NCBI GenBank assembly: GCA_038087875.1
Contig: CM075997.1
Span: 8,558,001 to 8,622,000, forward strand
Direction of reading: 5' to 3'
Length of the DNA stretch: 64,000 nt
Origin: Malacoraja senta
Taxonomy: Eukaryota
The notes beneath the pieces are model-generated. The model was given only the letters and a program-made list of their open reading frames with translations. It was not told where the DNA came from and searched no databases. This document shows, one piece after another, positions 1 to 13,376 of the stretch (its first letter is position 1; each line of letters opens with the position of its first letter). The translations under genes were made by a program, and so were the position numbers.

Positions 1-16
1 AGGAGAGCGAAAGAAA

Positions 17-560
17 CAGGGCTGTGGAGTCGGACACAAAACATCCGACTCTGACACCTAGGTATAATCATTCTAGATCTACTGTGATGACATTACCCAA
101 GATGGCATTTCATAAGAACCTCATGAATCATCAGGCTGCCGTTTAACCCACGCCCTTAAAGTTTTGAGTCTAATGGTTGTAGCTATGCTATTGTGGCTTT
201 TTAATTGTTCTTGGAAAAAAAACGTAATTCATTATGCTAAAAAGAAAAAATTACAGAAAGGACTACGGCAAAATTAATATTCCATTGAATTATATAAAAA
301 TTATAAAAGCATTACTCCTAAATTTATTAAACTAAGGCCACAGGCATGAGCTAAATGGCAAAAAAATTCTCGTGCAATAGAACTTAAAAGTAAATGCATA
401 GGTAGTTAAGTTTGCTGCAAAAGTACATACCTAAATTTATTAATAACTTGTCCTTAGGAACAGAATTACTTTTGCCAGTTTCTCTTTCATTGAAGCCCTT
501 AAATCTGATTTATTTATTTACAGTGTGGAGAAGTCTCTCCACGCACAACTTTTACTATTT
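17..560. mobile_element. Left end of a hAT-like non-autonomous DNA transposon (CAGGGCTGTGGAGTCGG terminus)
   Basis: Starts CAGGGCTGTGGAGTCGG, followed by the subterminal inverted motif TCCGACTC and AT-rich sequence. A degenerate reverse complement (AACTCCACCGTCCTG, preceded by GTCGGAGTCGG) ends at 16096. The right boundary is approximate. Confidence 0.45.
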
Positions 561-566
561 CTGGGT

Positions 567-1940
567 AAATGGGGATGACGGGGAATTATAGACCAGTTAG
601 CCTGACATCAGTAGTGGGAAAGATGCTGGAGTCAATTATTAAAGTAGTAATGGCGAATTTGGATAGCAGTAAAAGGATTGGTCCAAGTCAGCATGGATTT
701 ATGAAGGGGAAATCCTGCTTGACTAATCTTCTGGAATTTTTTGAGGATGTGACAAGTAAAATGGATGAAGGAGAGCCAGTGGATGTTATATATCTGGACT
801 TTCAGAAAGCCTTTGATAAGCCCCCACACAGGAGATTAATGGGCAAAATTAGAGCACATGGTATTGGCGGTAGGGTATTGACATGGATAGAGAATTGGTT
901 GGCAGACAGGAAACAAAGAGTAGGAATAAACGGGTCCCTGTCAGAATGGCAGGCAGTGCCGAGTGGAGTGCCGCAAGGCTCGGTGCTGAGGCCGCAACCA
1001 TTTACAATAATGATTTAGATGATGGAATTAAAAGTAACACGAGCAAATTTGTAGATGACACAAAGCTGGGTGGCAGTGTGATCTGCGAAGATGATGCTAT
1101 GAGCTTGCAGGGTGACTTGGACAGGTTGAGTGAGTGAGCAGATGCATAGCAAATGCAGTATAATGTAGATAAATGTGAGGCAACGACAAGGAGGTAGATT
1201 ATTATCTCAATTGTGTCAGATTAGGAAAAAGGGAAGTGCAACGAGACCTGGGTGTCCTTGCACACCGGTCACTGAAAGTAAACATGCAGGTGGCAGGCAG
1301 TGAAGAAGGCTAATGGCATGTTGGCCTGCATAACGAGAGGATTTGAGTAAAGGAGTAAAGAGGTCCTGCAGTTGTACAGGGCCCTGGTGAGACCACATCT
1401 GGAGTATTGTGTGCAGTTTTGGTCTGCTAATTTGAGGTAGGACATTCTTGCTATTGAGGCAGTGCAGCGTAGGTTCACGAGTTTACTCCCCGGGATGGCG
1501 GGACTATCATATGAGGAAAGATTGGAAAGATTGGGCTTGTATTCATTGGAATTTGGGGGGATGAGAGGGGATCTTATAGAAACACATAAAATTATAATAG
1601 GACTGGACATGCTAGATGCAGGAAAAATGGAATCCAGAACCAGGCCACAGTCTAAGAACAAAGGGGAGGCCATTTAAACTGAGATGAGAAACAACTTTTT
1701 CACCCAGAGAGTTGTGAATTTGTGGAATTCTCTGCCACAGAAGGCAGTAGAGGCCAATTCAATGGATGAATTTAAAAGAGAGTTAGATAGAGCTCTTGGG
1801 GTTAGCAGAATCATGGGATATGGGGATAAGGCAGGCACGGGTTACTGATTGTGGATGATCAGCCATGATCACAATGAATGGCGGTGGTGGCTCAAAGGGC
1901 CAAATGGCATCTTCCTACACCTATTTTAAATGTTTCTATG
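567..1940 (+). mobile_element. CR1 LINE, 5'-truncated, degenerate RT and 3' end
   Basis: ORF fragments NYRPVSLTS, LDFQKAFDK, SGVPQGSVL, KFVDDTKL and QRRFT..GLSYEERL with stops and frameshifts; CR1 3' UTR ending TTTCTATG. Confidence 0.95.
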
Positions 1941-2051
1941 CCCCATCTACACTATTCACTCTACCTATTCCCCTCAACATTTTATGCACTTGCAGAACTT
2001 TTATGCAATAGTATTGGTGTTATTAATGTATTGAATTTTTGTTTATTGCAT

Positions 2052-5000
2052 GGTATCTGCGCCAGGTGTATCGAGATGGGGCTCCTAATGGACCGTATTA
2101 GGAACCTGGAGCAGCAGCTCGATGACCTCCGTCTGGTCAGGGAGAGTGAGGAAGTCATTGAGAGGAGTTACAGGGATGTGGTCACTCCAACACCACAGGA
2201 GGCAGGCAAGTGGTTCACGGTTGGGAGAGGCAAGGGTCACTGGCAGGGACTAGAGAGTACCTCAGTGGCTGTACACCTTGACAATAAGTACTCCTGTTTG
2301 AGCACTGTTGGGGTGGACAGCCTACCTGGGGGTAGCGACAGCGGCCGGGCCTCCGGTATAGAGACCGGTCCTGTTGCTCAGAAGGGTAAGGAAAAGAAGA
2401 GGAGGGCAATACTAATAGGGGACTCTATAGTTAGGGGGTCAGACAGCCGATTCTGTGGATGCAGTCGGGAGACCCGGATGGTAGTTTGCCTCCCTGGTGC
2501 CAGGGTCTGTGATGTGTCTCAACGTGTCCAAGATATCCTGAAAGGGCAGGGAGAGGAGCCCGAGGCCGTGATACATATAGGTACCAATGACATAGGTAAA
2601 AAAAGAGAAGAGGTCCTGAAAGGAGAATTTAGGGAGTTAGGAGGGGAGTTAAAGAGAAGGACAGCAAAGGTAACAATCTTGGGATTACTGCCTGTGCCAC
2701 ACGACAGTGAGAGTAGGAATGGAGCGAGGTGGAGGATAAATGCGTGGCTGAAGGACTGTGCAGAAGGCAGGGATTCAAATTTCTGGATCATTGGGACCTC
2801 TTTTGTGGAAGGTTTGACCTGTACAAAAAGGATGGGTTGCACTTGAACCTGAGGGGGACCGATATCCTGGCGGGGAGATCTGCAAAGGCTACTGGGGAGA
2901 CTTTAAAATAGAATGGTTGGGGGGAGGGACTCAAATAGAGAATGCTATTAGACAGTGTGTGAGGCAGGAGGCAGAGCAGGAAAGCACGCAGATCCAACAT
3001 GTAGGGGGGAAAGAAGAAAACAATAATAAACAGAGAATAAGAGGTGGTGGGGTTCTTAAATGGGTGAGCAGAGAAACAGAGGGGTGTAAAATGCGGGCGG
3101 AAGCAATAGGTAGCAAGGTGAAAAGTAAAAGTGGCAGGCAGACAAGAGCCACTTTTCAACATAATTGTATAAGGGGTAAGAGCGTTGTAAAAACAAGCCT
3201 GAAGGCTTTGTGTCTCAATGCAAGGAGCATTCGTAATAAGGTGGATGAGTTGAACGTGCAGATAGCAATTAATGATTATGATATAGTTGGGATCATGGAG
3301 ACATGGCTCCAGGGTGACCAAGGCTGGGAGCTGAACATCCAGGGATATTCAATATTCAGGAGGGATAGAGAGAAAGGAAAAGGAGGTGGGGTAGCGTTGC
3401 TGGTTAGAGAGGAGATTAACGCAGTGGAAAGGAAGGACATTAGCTTGGACGATGTGGAATCGGTATGGGTAGAGCTGCGAAACACTAAGGGGCAGAAAAC
3501 GCTGGTGGGTGTTGTGTACAGGCCACCTAGCAGTAGTAGTGAAGTTGGGGATGGCATCAAACAGGAAATTAGAAATGCGTGCAACAAAGGCAAAACAGTT
3601 ATAATGGGTGACTTCAATCTACATATAGATTGGGTGAATCAAATTGGCAGGGGTGCTGAGGAAGAGGATTGTTGTCTAAACCAACATGAGAGAGCCAACG
3701 AGAGAGCAGGCTATTCTAGACTGGGTATCGAGTAATGAGGAAGGGTTAGTTAGCAGACTTGTTGTGCGTGCCCCCTTGGGCAAGAGTGACCATAATATGG
3801 TTGAGTTCTTCATTAGGATGGGAGTGACATTGTTAATTCAGAAACAACGGTTCTGAACTTAAAGAAAGGTAACTTTGAGGGTATGAGACGTGAATTGGCC
3901 AAGATTGACTGGCAATTAGTTCTAAAAGGGTTGACGGTGGATATGCAATGGAAGGCATTAAAGACTGCATGGATGAACTACAAAAATTGTTCATCCCAGT
4001 TTGGCAAAAGTATAAATCAGGAAGGTAGTGCATCCGTGGATAACAAGGGAAATCAGGGATAGTATCAAAGCAAAAGATGATGCGTACAAATTAGCCAGAA
4101 AAAGCAGCATACCAGAGGATTGGGAGAAATTCAGAGACCAGCAGAGGAGGACAAAGGGCTTAATTAGGAAAGGGAAAATAGATTATGAAAGGAAACTGGC
4201 AGGGAACATAAAAACTGACTGCAAAAGTTTTTATAGATATGTGAAGAGAAAGAGATTAGTTAAAACAAATGTAGGTCCCTTGCAGTCAGAAACAGGTGAA
4301 TTGATCATGGGGAACAAGGATATGGCGGACCAATTGAATAACTACTTTGGTTCCGTCTTCACTAAGGAAGACATAAATAATCTGCCGGAAATAGCAGGGG
4401 TCAAAGGAGATGGAGGAACTGAGTGAAATCCAGGTTAGTCGGGAAGTGGTGTTGGGTAAATTGAATGGATTAAAGGCCGATAAATCACCAGGGCCAGATA
4501 GGCTGCATCCCAGAGTACTTAAGGAAGTAGCTCCAGAAATAATGGATGCATTAGTGATAATTTTTCAAAACTCTTTAGATTCTGGAGTAGTTCCTGAGGA
4601 TTGGAGGGTAGCAAACGTAACCCCACTTTTTAAGAAGGGAGAGAGAGAGAAAACGGGGAATTACAGACCATTTAGTCTAACATCGGTAGTGGGGAAACTG
4701 CTAGAGTCAGTTCTTAAAGATGGGATAGCAGCACATTTGGAAAGTGGTGAAATCATTGGACAAAGTCAGCATGGATTTACGAAAGGTAAATCGTGTCTGA
4801 CGAATCTTATAGAATTTTTCGAGGATGTAACTAGTAGAGTGGATAGGGAAGAACCAGTGGATGTGTTGTATCTGGACTTTCAGAAGGCTTTCGACAAGGT
4901 ACCACATAAGAGATTAGGATACAAACTTAAATCACACGGTATTGGGGGTTCAGTATTGATGTGGATAGAGAACTGGCTGGCAAACAGGAAGCAAAGAGTA

Positions 5001-6073
5001 GGAGTAAACGGGTCCTTTTCACAATGCCAGGCAGTGACTAGTGGGGTACCGCAAGGCTCAGTGCTGGGACCTCAGCTATTTACAATTTATATTAATGATC
5101 TGGACGAGGGAATTGAAAGCAACATCTCCAAGTTTGCGGATGACACTAAGCTGGGGGGCAGTGTTAGCTGTGAGGAGGATGCTAGGAGACTGCAAGGTGA
5201 CTTGGATAGGCTGGGTGAGTGGGCAAATGTTTGGCAGATGCAGTATAATGTGGATAAATGTGAGGTTATCCTCTTTGGTGGCAAAAACGGGAAGGCAGAC
5301 TATTATCTAAATGTTGGCCGATTAGGAAATGGGGAGATGCAGCGAGACCTGGGTGTCATGGTACACCAGTCATTGAAAGTAGGCATGCAGGTGCAGCAGG
5401 CAGTGAAGAATGCGAATAGTATGTTGGCCTTCATAGCAAGAGGATTTGAGTATAGGAGCAGGGAGGTTCTACTGCAGTTGTACAGGGTCTTGGTGAGACC
5501 ACACCTGGAGTATTGCGTACTGTTTTGGTCTCCAAATCTGAGGAAGGACATTATAGCCATAGAGGGAGTGCAGAGAAGGTTCACCAGACTGATTCCTGGG
5601 ATGTCAAGACTATCATATGAAGAAAGACTGGATAGACTTGGCTTATACTCGCTAGAATTTAGGAGATTGAGAGGGAATCTTATAGAAACGTGCAAAATTC
5701 TTATGGGGTTGGACAGGCTAGATCCAGGAAGATTGTTCCCGATGTTGGGGAAGTCCAGGACAAGGGGTCACAGCTTAAGGATAAGGGGGAAATCCTTTAA
5801 GACCGAGATGAGGAAAAACGTTTTCACACAGAGAGTGGTGAATCTCTGGAACTCTCTGCCACAGAGGGTAGTTGAGGCCAGTTCATTGGCTATATTTAAG
5901 AGGGAGTTAGATGTGGTCCTTGTGGCTAAAGGGATCAGGGGGTATGGAGAGAAGGCAGGTACGGGATACTGAGTTGGATGATCAGCCATGATCATATTGA
6001 ATGGCGGTGCAGGCTCGAAGGGCCGAATGGCCTACTCCTGCACCTATTTTCTATGTATCTATGTATCTATGTA
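2052..6073 (+). mobile_element. CR1 LINE (family C), near full length: ORF1 esterase plus ORF2 APE-RT, frameshifted
   Basis: ORF1 has a coiled coil and SGNH motifs (IGDSIVRG, HIGTND, DGLHLN). APE motifs LNARSIRNK, ETWL and MGDFN; RT ORF 4410-5972; (CTATGTAT)n tail at about 6051-6073. Confidence 0.96.
4410..5972 (+). pseudogene. CR1 ORF2 reverse transcriptase and C-terminal domain (open 520-aa segment)
   Basis: KSPGPD, YRP.SLTS, QHGF, LDFQKAFD, GVPQGSVLGP and FADD motifs. Disconnected from the upstream APE domain by frameshifts. Confidence 0.93.
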
Positions 6074-6149
6074 TATTGGGTTAATAGGCCTGTAAATCTG
6101 CACTGTAAAAAATGTAATTGTTCCACTGTCGGTACATATGACATCCATC

Positions 6150-7160
6150 GAAAGATAGCTGAATGGAAAGAAAATTGGCTTCAAGGAAGGAAGCAGAGGG
6201 TGATGGTGAAAGGTTGCTTCTCAGACTGGAGGCCTGTGACTAGTGGTGTGCCTCAGGGTTCGGTGCTGGACCCGTTACTGTTTGTCATCTACATCAATAA
6301 TTTGGAAGAGAACATACAGGGCAAGATTAGCAAGTTTGCTGATGATACAAATGTGGGTAGTTTTGCAGATAGTGAAAATGATTGTGAAAGATTTCAGCAG
6401 GATCTGGATTTATTTGCCAGGTGGGGTGAGGAATCGTTGATGGAATTTAATACAGAGAAATGTGAGATGTTGCATTTTGGGAAGTCTAACATGGGCAGGA
6501 TCTACACAGTGAATGGTAGGCCTCTGGGTAGTGTTGTAGAGTAGAGGGATCTAGAAGTACAGGAACATAGTTCATTGAAAGTGGCATCATAGGTGATAAG
6601 GTGGTCAAAAAGGCTTTTGGCACATTGGCCTTTATCAGAGTATTGAATATAAAAGTTGGGCGGTCATGTTGCAGTTGTATAAGATGTTGGTGAGGCCACA
6701 TTTAGAGTTTTGTGTTCAATTTAGGTCACTATGTTATAGGAAAGATGTCGTCAAGCTGGAAATGGCACAGAGAAGATTGAACTATAGGGGGAGGTTGTGT
6801 AGGCTACAACTCTAGTCCTATATGAGAGGAATAGATCGGGTAGATGCACAGTCTCTTGCCCACTACACCTATTATTGTGGATAATTGGCCTAAACGTCGC
6901 GTGTGGGAGTGATGCCTGCTGTGGTTTTAAAAACAGGTTATTTTTGTGATCGAAATTCAATTACAGATACATAGCTCCTTGAAAGTGTTGTCACGGGTAG
7001 ACAGGGTGGTCAAGAAGACTTTCGGTACATTGGCCTTCATCAGTCAGAGCATTATGTATAGAGTATTGTGCTCAGTTTTGGTTACCATATTATGGGAAAG
7101 ATGTTGTCAAGCTGGAAAGGGTGGTCAAGGTGGGCCGAAGGGCCTCTTTCCATGCTTTAT
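6150..7160 (+). mobile_element. Older CR1 (HER1-like) fragments
   Basis: SGVPQGSVLDPLLFVIYIN..ISKFADDT with many stops; 3' motif GGGCCGAAGGGCCT.TTTCC. Confidence 0.8.
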
Positions 7161-7329
7161 GACTAAGAAAAAACATTGAATAAAATGAAGAAATTGGATG
7201 TTATTTGCATCATTGTGGTCCGAAGGGCCCGTTTCTAGGCTGGACTGCTCTATTCTATTCCATAACAATATGCTATATTCTGTGCCATAATAACAATGAT
7301 ATTTATATTCTTATGCATCAATATATATG

Positions 7330-7905
7330 TCATAAGGTCATAAGTGATAGGAATAGAATTAGGCCATTTGGCCCATCATATCTGCCATTCAATCAGGGAT
7401 GATCTATCTCCCCCTCCTAACCCCATTCTCCTGCCTTCTCCCCATAACCCCTGACACCCGTACTAATCAAGAATCTATCTATCTCTGCCTTAAAAATATC
7501 CAATGACTTGGCCTCCACAGCCTCCTGTGGCAAAAAAATACCACAGATTCACCACCCTCTGACTAAAGAAATTCCACCTTATCTCCTTCCTTAAAGAATG
7601 TCCTTTAATTCTGAGACTATGACCTCTAGTCCTAGACTCTCCCACGAGTGGAAAGATCCTCTCCACATCTGCTCTATCCAAGCCTTTCACTATTCTGTAT
7701 GTTTCAATGAGGTTCCCCTTCATTGTTCTAAACTCCAGCGAGTACAGGCCCAGTGCCAACAAACGCTCATCATAGATCAACATATTAATTCCTGGGATCA
7801 TCCTTGTAAACCTCCTCTGGACTCTCTCCAGAGCCAGCACATTCTTCCTCAGATATAGTGCCCACATTTGCTCAATATACTCCAAATGAAGCCTTGCCAG
7901 CGCCT
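7330..7905 (-). mobile_element. CR1 3' fragment
   Basis: Minus ORF 7490-7885 ERVQRRFTRMIPG..GLYSLEFR..RTRGHSL, with the CR1 3' UTR toward 7330. Confidence 0.9.
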
Positions 7906-8229
7906 TACTGAGTATATGATTCTATGTGCTGAAGTTCTCTCTCTGTGTGTAGCTGCTTTGCAGCAACAGGGTTTTATCGGCATGGCAATGTGTAAGATTA
8001 GACGCCAGAGGTTGGGCATATTTTAAAGATGTCATCATTTGTGGGGTTGTGGGTGGTGATGGTGTCATTGGCATTTATGATCTACCCCTAACTAACAGCG
8101 TAGAGATATCACTGCTGAGGCTTGGCGTCATGTAAGGGTGAAAGCTGGAGGCTTTTTCTCCCGAATGTCCTTACTGAACTAGCTGGGATTTGTAAAGTTT
8201 CCAGTAGTTCCGTTCAGTTTCAATTTATG

Positions 8230-8420
8230 TGTAGGGAGGAACTACAGATGCTGGTTTAAATCGAAGATAGACCCTAAATGCTGGAGTAACTCAGCGGGAC
8301 AGGCAGCATCTAGAAGGAATGGGTGATGTTTTGGGTCAATGCCCTTCTTCAGACTCCACTCTCTCCAGAGATGCTGCCTGTCCCACTGAGTTACTCCAGC
8401 ATTTTGTGTCTATCTTCAGT
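8230..8420. mobile_element. Penelope-like terminal repeat fragments in inverted arrangement
   Basis: GCTGGAGTAACTCAGCGGGACAGGCAGCATCT and its near reverse complement AGATGCTGCCTGTCCCACTGAGTTACTCCAGC flank a degenerate minus-strand CTGAAGAAGGG..CCCAAAACATC core. The same repeat adjoins the GIY-YIG ORF at 37405. Confidence 0.75.
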
Positions 8421-9195
8421 TTCAGTTCAGTTTAGTTTATTGTCACGTGTACCCGAGGTACAGTGAAAAGCTTTTGTTCCATGCTAGCCAGTCAGCAGAA
8501 AAACAATACATGATTATAATCGAGCCATTTACAGTGTACAGATACATGATAAGTGGACAACGTTTAGTGCAAGGTAAATCCAGCAACGTCCGATCAAGGA
8601 TAGTCCAAGGGTCACCAAAGTGGTAGATAGTACTGAGGGTCACCAAAGTGGTAGGACCGCGCCTTTGCGGTTGCAGTTCCTAGACTGTGGAACAGCACCC
8701 CCCCCTTCCCATCAGAACTGCCCCCTCCATCGACTCCATTAAGTCAAGACTAAAAACGTATCTATACTCCCAAGCCTTTCTTGACGTCCTCTGAGCGAGA
8801 GCTATATGTATAAACTGTATGTATGTAGTTTGTTTGTTTATACTATTCTGATAACAAATGTAAAGCACTTTGGTCAACGAGAGTTGTTTTTTAAATGTGC
8901 TATATAAATAAATGTGACTTGACTTGACTTGACTAGTAGTTCAGCACTGCTCTCTGGTTGTGGTAGGATGGTTCAGTTGCCTGATGACATCTGGGAAGAA
9001 ACTGTCCCTGAATCTGGAGTGTGCGTTTTCACACCAGTACTTTTTGCCTGATGGGAGAGGGGAGAAGAGGGAGTGGCCAATGTGAGACTCCTCCTTGATT
9101 ATGTTGCTGGCCTTGCCGAGGAGTCAATGGAGTCAATGGAAGGGAAGTTGGTTTCTGTGATGGTCTGGGCTGCGTCCACAATTCGCCGCAATTTC
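8420..9195 (-). mobile_element. Rex1/Babar-type LINE 3' portion, interrupted by an L2 fragment
   Basis: Minus-strand 3' end ..TTTTCACTGTACCTCGGGTACACGTGACAATAAAC(TAAAC/TGAAC)n and degenerate coding remnants. Family assigned from recalled tail type. Confidence 0.65.
8655..8934 (+). mobile_element. L2 LINE 3' end
   Basis: Translates as DRAFAVAVPRLWNS..KSRLKTYLY (L2 ORF2 C-terminus), then TGTAAAGCACTTTG..TGCTATATAAATAAA and a (GACTT)n tail. Confidence 0.85.
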
Positions 9196-9599
9196 TTAAA
9201 TCTTTTTTTTTATTTTTATTTTTTTTAATTTTTATTTTTTAAATTATTTTTATTAGAAGTACGGTAAATTACAATAATACACAACACTTATATCTTAATA
9301 CATTTTTTATACCGCTTCATTTTTTTGAGCTTTAAGAGAAAGATAGAAGTAAGAAAAGTAAAGAAAGTGCGCAAGAGTCGTGAAGTGCAAGAGAGTGTTG
9401 GGAAAAGAAAGCCCCTTAGAAAAGAAGTTAGAGAAGGAAGTAAAGTAAGAAAGTAGACCCTAGAAAAGAAAGAAAAAGAAAGTAGGAACAATCGCAGAAA
9501 GGGGACCACCAACCAAGTCTGTTTTTATTGTTTTACCTCCCATTACCAGGTCCTGATACCATTTCTTTATTTATTTATTTTTTAAATTACTATTGCACC

Positions 9600-12500
9600 T
9601 CATGCTTGTAATAGGTCCAGAAACGTAGACCACGTCTTTTGGAATTGGTCTGCCTTACCTGCTAAGAGGAATCTCATCTCTTCCAGATGTAATGTTTCAA
9701 ACATATTTGATGTCCACATTTTTATTGTTGGTGTGGGCGCATTTTTCCAGAATTTAAGTATGAGCTTTTTTCCCATTATTAGCCCGTAATTGAATAAGTT
9801 TAATTCATGGATACCTTCCGATATTCCAAAAATGATCCATTCTGGTTTTGGTACCAGTTTTATTTTAATTAATTTTGAAAAAATATCAAATATTTCATAC
9901 CAGAAGTTTTGGATTTTTGTACAAAAAACAAAAGAATGCGCCATGGTAGCTTCTTGACATAGACATTTATCACAGATTGGTGAAACATTAGGAAAGATTT
10001 TATTTAATTTAGTTTTTGAATAATATAGTCTATGTAATGTTTTGAATTGGATGAGCGTATGTCGTACGTTGATCGAACATTTATGCACCTGTAGTAAATG
10101 GTTATCCCAGCTCTCTTTTGAAATTTTTATAGCTAATTCTTGTTCCCAGTCCCTTCTAATTCCATCTGTTGTGGGTATTTCTATGTTTAAAATGATATTA
10201 TATAAGTACGATATTAGATTAGCTGATTCCGCCTTTGTCTTCATTGCTTCATCTAGTAAGTCGGAAGGCATATTATGATAGTCTTTTGTGTATTTTTTCA
10301 GGTAATCACGAATTTGTAGATATTTAAAATATTGGTTATTTTTCAAATTATATTTCAGTTGTAGTTGTTGAAATGATAGTAATTTTCCCAATTCATACAG
10401 ATCTTCGAGCGTTTTGATTCCCATTCTTTCCCATTGTATAAATGATTTGTCTATGGTTGAAGGTTTAAACGATGGGTTATTAACTATTGGTATTGAGAGA
10501 GATAGGTTTCTTAATTTTAGATTCTGTTTTATTTGTTTCCATGTTCTAATTGTGCTATTTATAATTGGATTTTTATTATAATTTTTATTATTCAAATTTA
10601 TTGGAGAGAGAATAATCGCTCCTATATTACTCGGGGAACAGTCCCCTTTTTGCATTACAATCCAGTCCGCCTGCTGGGCAGAATTGTCCAGCAGGTGAAT
10701 CATATTTTTAATATTTACTGCCCAATTATAATACATAAAGTTAGGGAGCGCGAGACCCCCCAACTCTTTTCGTTTATTAAGGTGAGCTCTTTGTATTCTA
10801 TGGGATTTATAATCCCATATAAAATTTGTAATGTCTGAGTCCAATTTTTTGAAAATCTTTTTTGGGAGATATATAAGTATTGATTGAAATAGGTATAGGA
10901 TTTGTGGTAAGAAAATCATTTTTATAGCATTTATTCTGCCTATTAAGGACATCTGAAGTGTTTTCCAGAATTTAATCATATTATTTAATTTATTAAGTAA
11001 GGGATTATAATTGGCTTTAAACATATCCTGGTAATTTCTAGTAATTTCAATTCCCAAGTATTTGAATTTTTCTGTAGCTATTTTAAAGGGGAATTTCCTG
11101 AGGTGTGTTGAGTCTTTTGGTTTTATCGACATAATTTCACTTTTGTTCCAATTTATTCTATATCCTGAGAAGGATCCAAAGTCCTCAATTAAATTTAATA
11201 TATTTGGTATACTAATTTGTGGTTTTGTGATGTACAGTAGTACATCATCGGCATATAGGGATATTTTGTTATTTGAATATTTTGTATTATAACCGTAAAT
11301 ATCCATGTGTGTTCTTATTTTTTCAGCAAGGGGTTCAATTACTAAAGCAAATAACAGCGGTGATAATGAACATCCTTGTCTATTGCCCCTTGATAGTTCA
11401 AATTTCGAGGATAATATATTATTAGTTAGTATTCTAGCCGTAGGTTTGTTATATAATAGTTTTATCCATGCAATGAAGTTCTCTCCCAATTGGAATTTTT
11501 GCAATACTTTAATCATATAGTCCCATTCTACTTGATCAAACGCTTTTTCTGCGTCCAATGAGATGATAGATAACTCTTGGTCCTGAGATTTATGTGAGTG
11601 CATTATGTTAAGCAAACGTCTCAAATTATTAAATGAATGTCTCTTAGGTATAAATCCTGTTTGATCCTCATTTATTAGTCTACTAACATACCTGCTTAGT
11701 CTACTGGCTAGTGTTTTCGCTATTATTTTTTGATCCGTATTTAACAAAGCAATAGCTCTATATGATCCTGGTTCTTCTATATTTTTATATTTTTTAAGTA
11801 TTAATATGATCGTTGATTCTGCTAGTGTTTCAGGTAAGTTTTGCTCTTTAAAAGCATGTGTATACATTTTCTGTAATCGTGGAGTAACTATGTCATAAAA
11901 AGATTTATAAAATTCATTACTGAATCCGTCTGGTCCTGGTGTTTTTCCATTCTTTAGTGTTTTTATTGTGTCTTCTATCTCCTTAGAAGTAATTTGTGCT
12001 CCCAGTTCCTCTTGTTCACTCAGTTCTAATTGTGGTAGGTTACAGTTATCTAAAAATTCTGAGATTTTATTATTGTCTATTAACGTTTTAGATGTGTATA
12101 GATTCTGGTAAAATTGAGCAAATCTTTTATTGATATCCTTGGGTAGTGTTAATAATTCCCCTTTGTCTGATTTAATCTTTAATATTGCATTCTCTTTTTC
12201 CCATTTTTTCAGTTGGCGTGCTAGGAGTTTGTGGGGTTTGTCCCCGAATTCGAAGTGTTCTTGTTTTGTGATTTGAAATAATGTTATAACTTTCTCTGAC
12301 AGTAATTTATTTAGCTTGAATTTCAATAGTGGGATTTTATTATGTTTATCCATAGTTGGATCTTTAGCATTATCTGTATCTAATTGTTTTATTTGTTCTT
12401 CTAAATGTCTTTGTTCATTCTTATTCTTTTTATTTTGATAAGCTTGGAATTAAATAATGACTCCTCTAATAAATGCTTTGAAGGATTCCCATAATAGCGT

Positions 12501-13376
12501 GGGGGAAATATCTGGTGTATCATTTATCTCAAAAAATAGATCCATCTGTTTTTTTAGATATATACTCCCTTGTGGGTCTTTTAAAATTTGCGAGTTAAAC
12601 CTCCAGAACGATTTATTCATAGACATTCCTTCTAGTTTTAAAACAAAAGTTAACGGAGAGTGGTCTGAGATCGCATTAGTGTGGTATTTAGGGTTCATAG
12701 TGTGCGGAATTAATTTTGTATCCACAAGAAAATAGTCTATCCGTGAGTATGTTTTATGCACCGTTGAATAAAACGAATAATCCCTTCCCGTCGGGTTTGC
12801 AATCCTCCACACATCTGCTATATTTGTGTTTTCCATATATGTATGTAAAAGTTCACTGGTTTTAGATTTCATATTACCTTTTTGTTTTTGCATCGATTTA
12901 TCTAGATAAGGGTCTAAAACACAGTTAAAGTCTCCTCCAATTATAACATTTTGATAATTAAATTCTGCAATTATATTCAGAATTTTATTAAAGAATTGAG
13001 GGTTATCGAAATTGGGCGCGTATATGTTTACCAGCATGATTGCCGTATTATTGATCTCTCCTGCTACTATAAGGTATCTCCCTTCCTTATCTAAAATAGT
13101 ATTCTTTGATTTAAATGGAATTCCTTTACGAATGATGATTGCAGTACCTCTAGATTTGGAGGTGAATGAAGAGTGAAATGTTTGTCCTATCCAGTTCGCC
13201 CTCAGTCTCGTCTGATCTTGATGTTTAAGATGCGTTTCCTGTAGAAACGAAATGTCCGTGTTGTATGATTTCAACTGAGCTAGTATCTTGCCCCTTTTAA
13301 TAGGTTCATTAATACCCCTTATATTCCAGCTACATAGTGTGATTCCTCCCATTTTCTTTTGATTATCGTCATACAT
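9600..13376 (-). pseudogene. L1 ORF2p (APE endonuclease, RT, CCHC), single premature stop at 12450-12452
   Basis: APE (SWNIRG, LQETH, GGDFN, SRIDY, SDH) and RT (KTPGPDG, LDAEKAFD, RQGCSLSP, YADD, C-x2-C..H..C) are in the same frame. Reading through gives RGVII*FQAYQNKK..DPTMDKH with no other stop. ATG at 13376. Confidence 0.93.

Noticed and set aside
6861..6960. CACTA-starting unexplained segment between CR1 fragments
   Set aside because: No matching inverted terminus or TSD found; a pentamer alone is not evidence.
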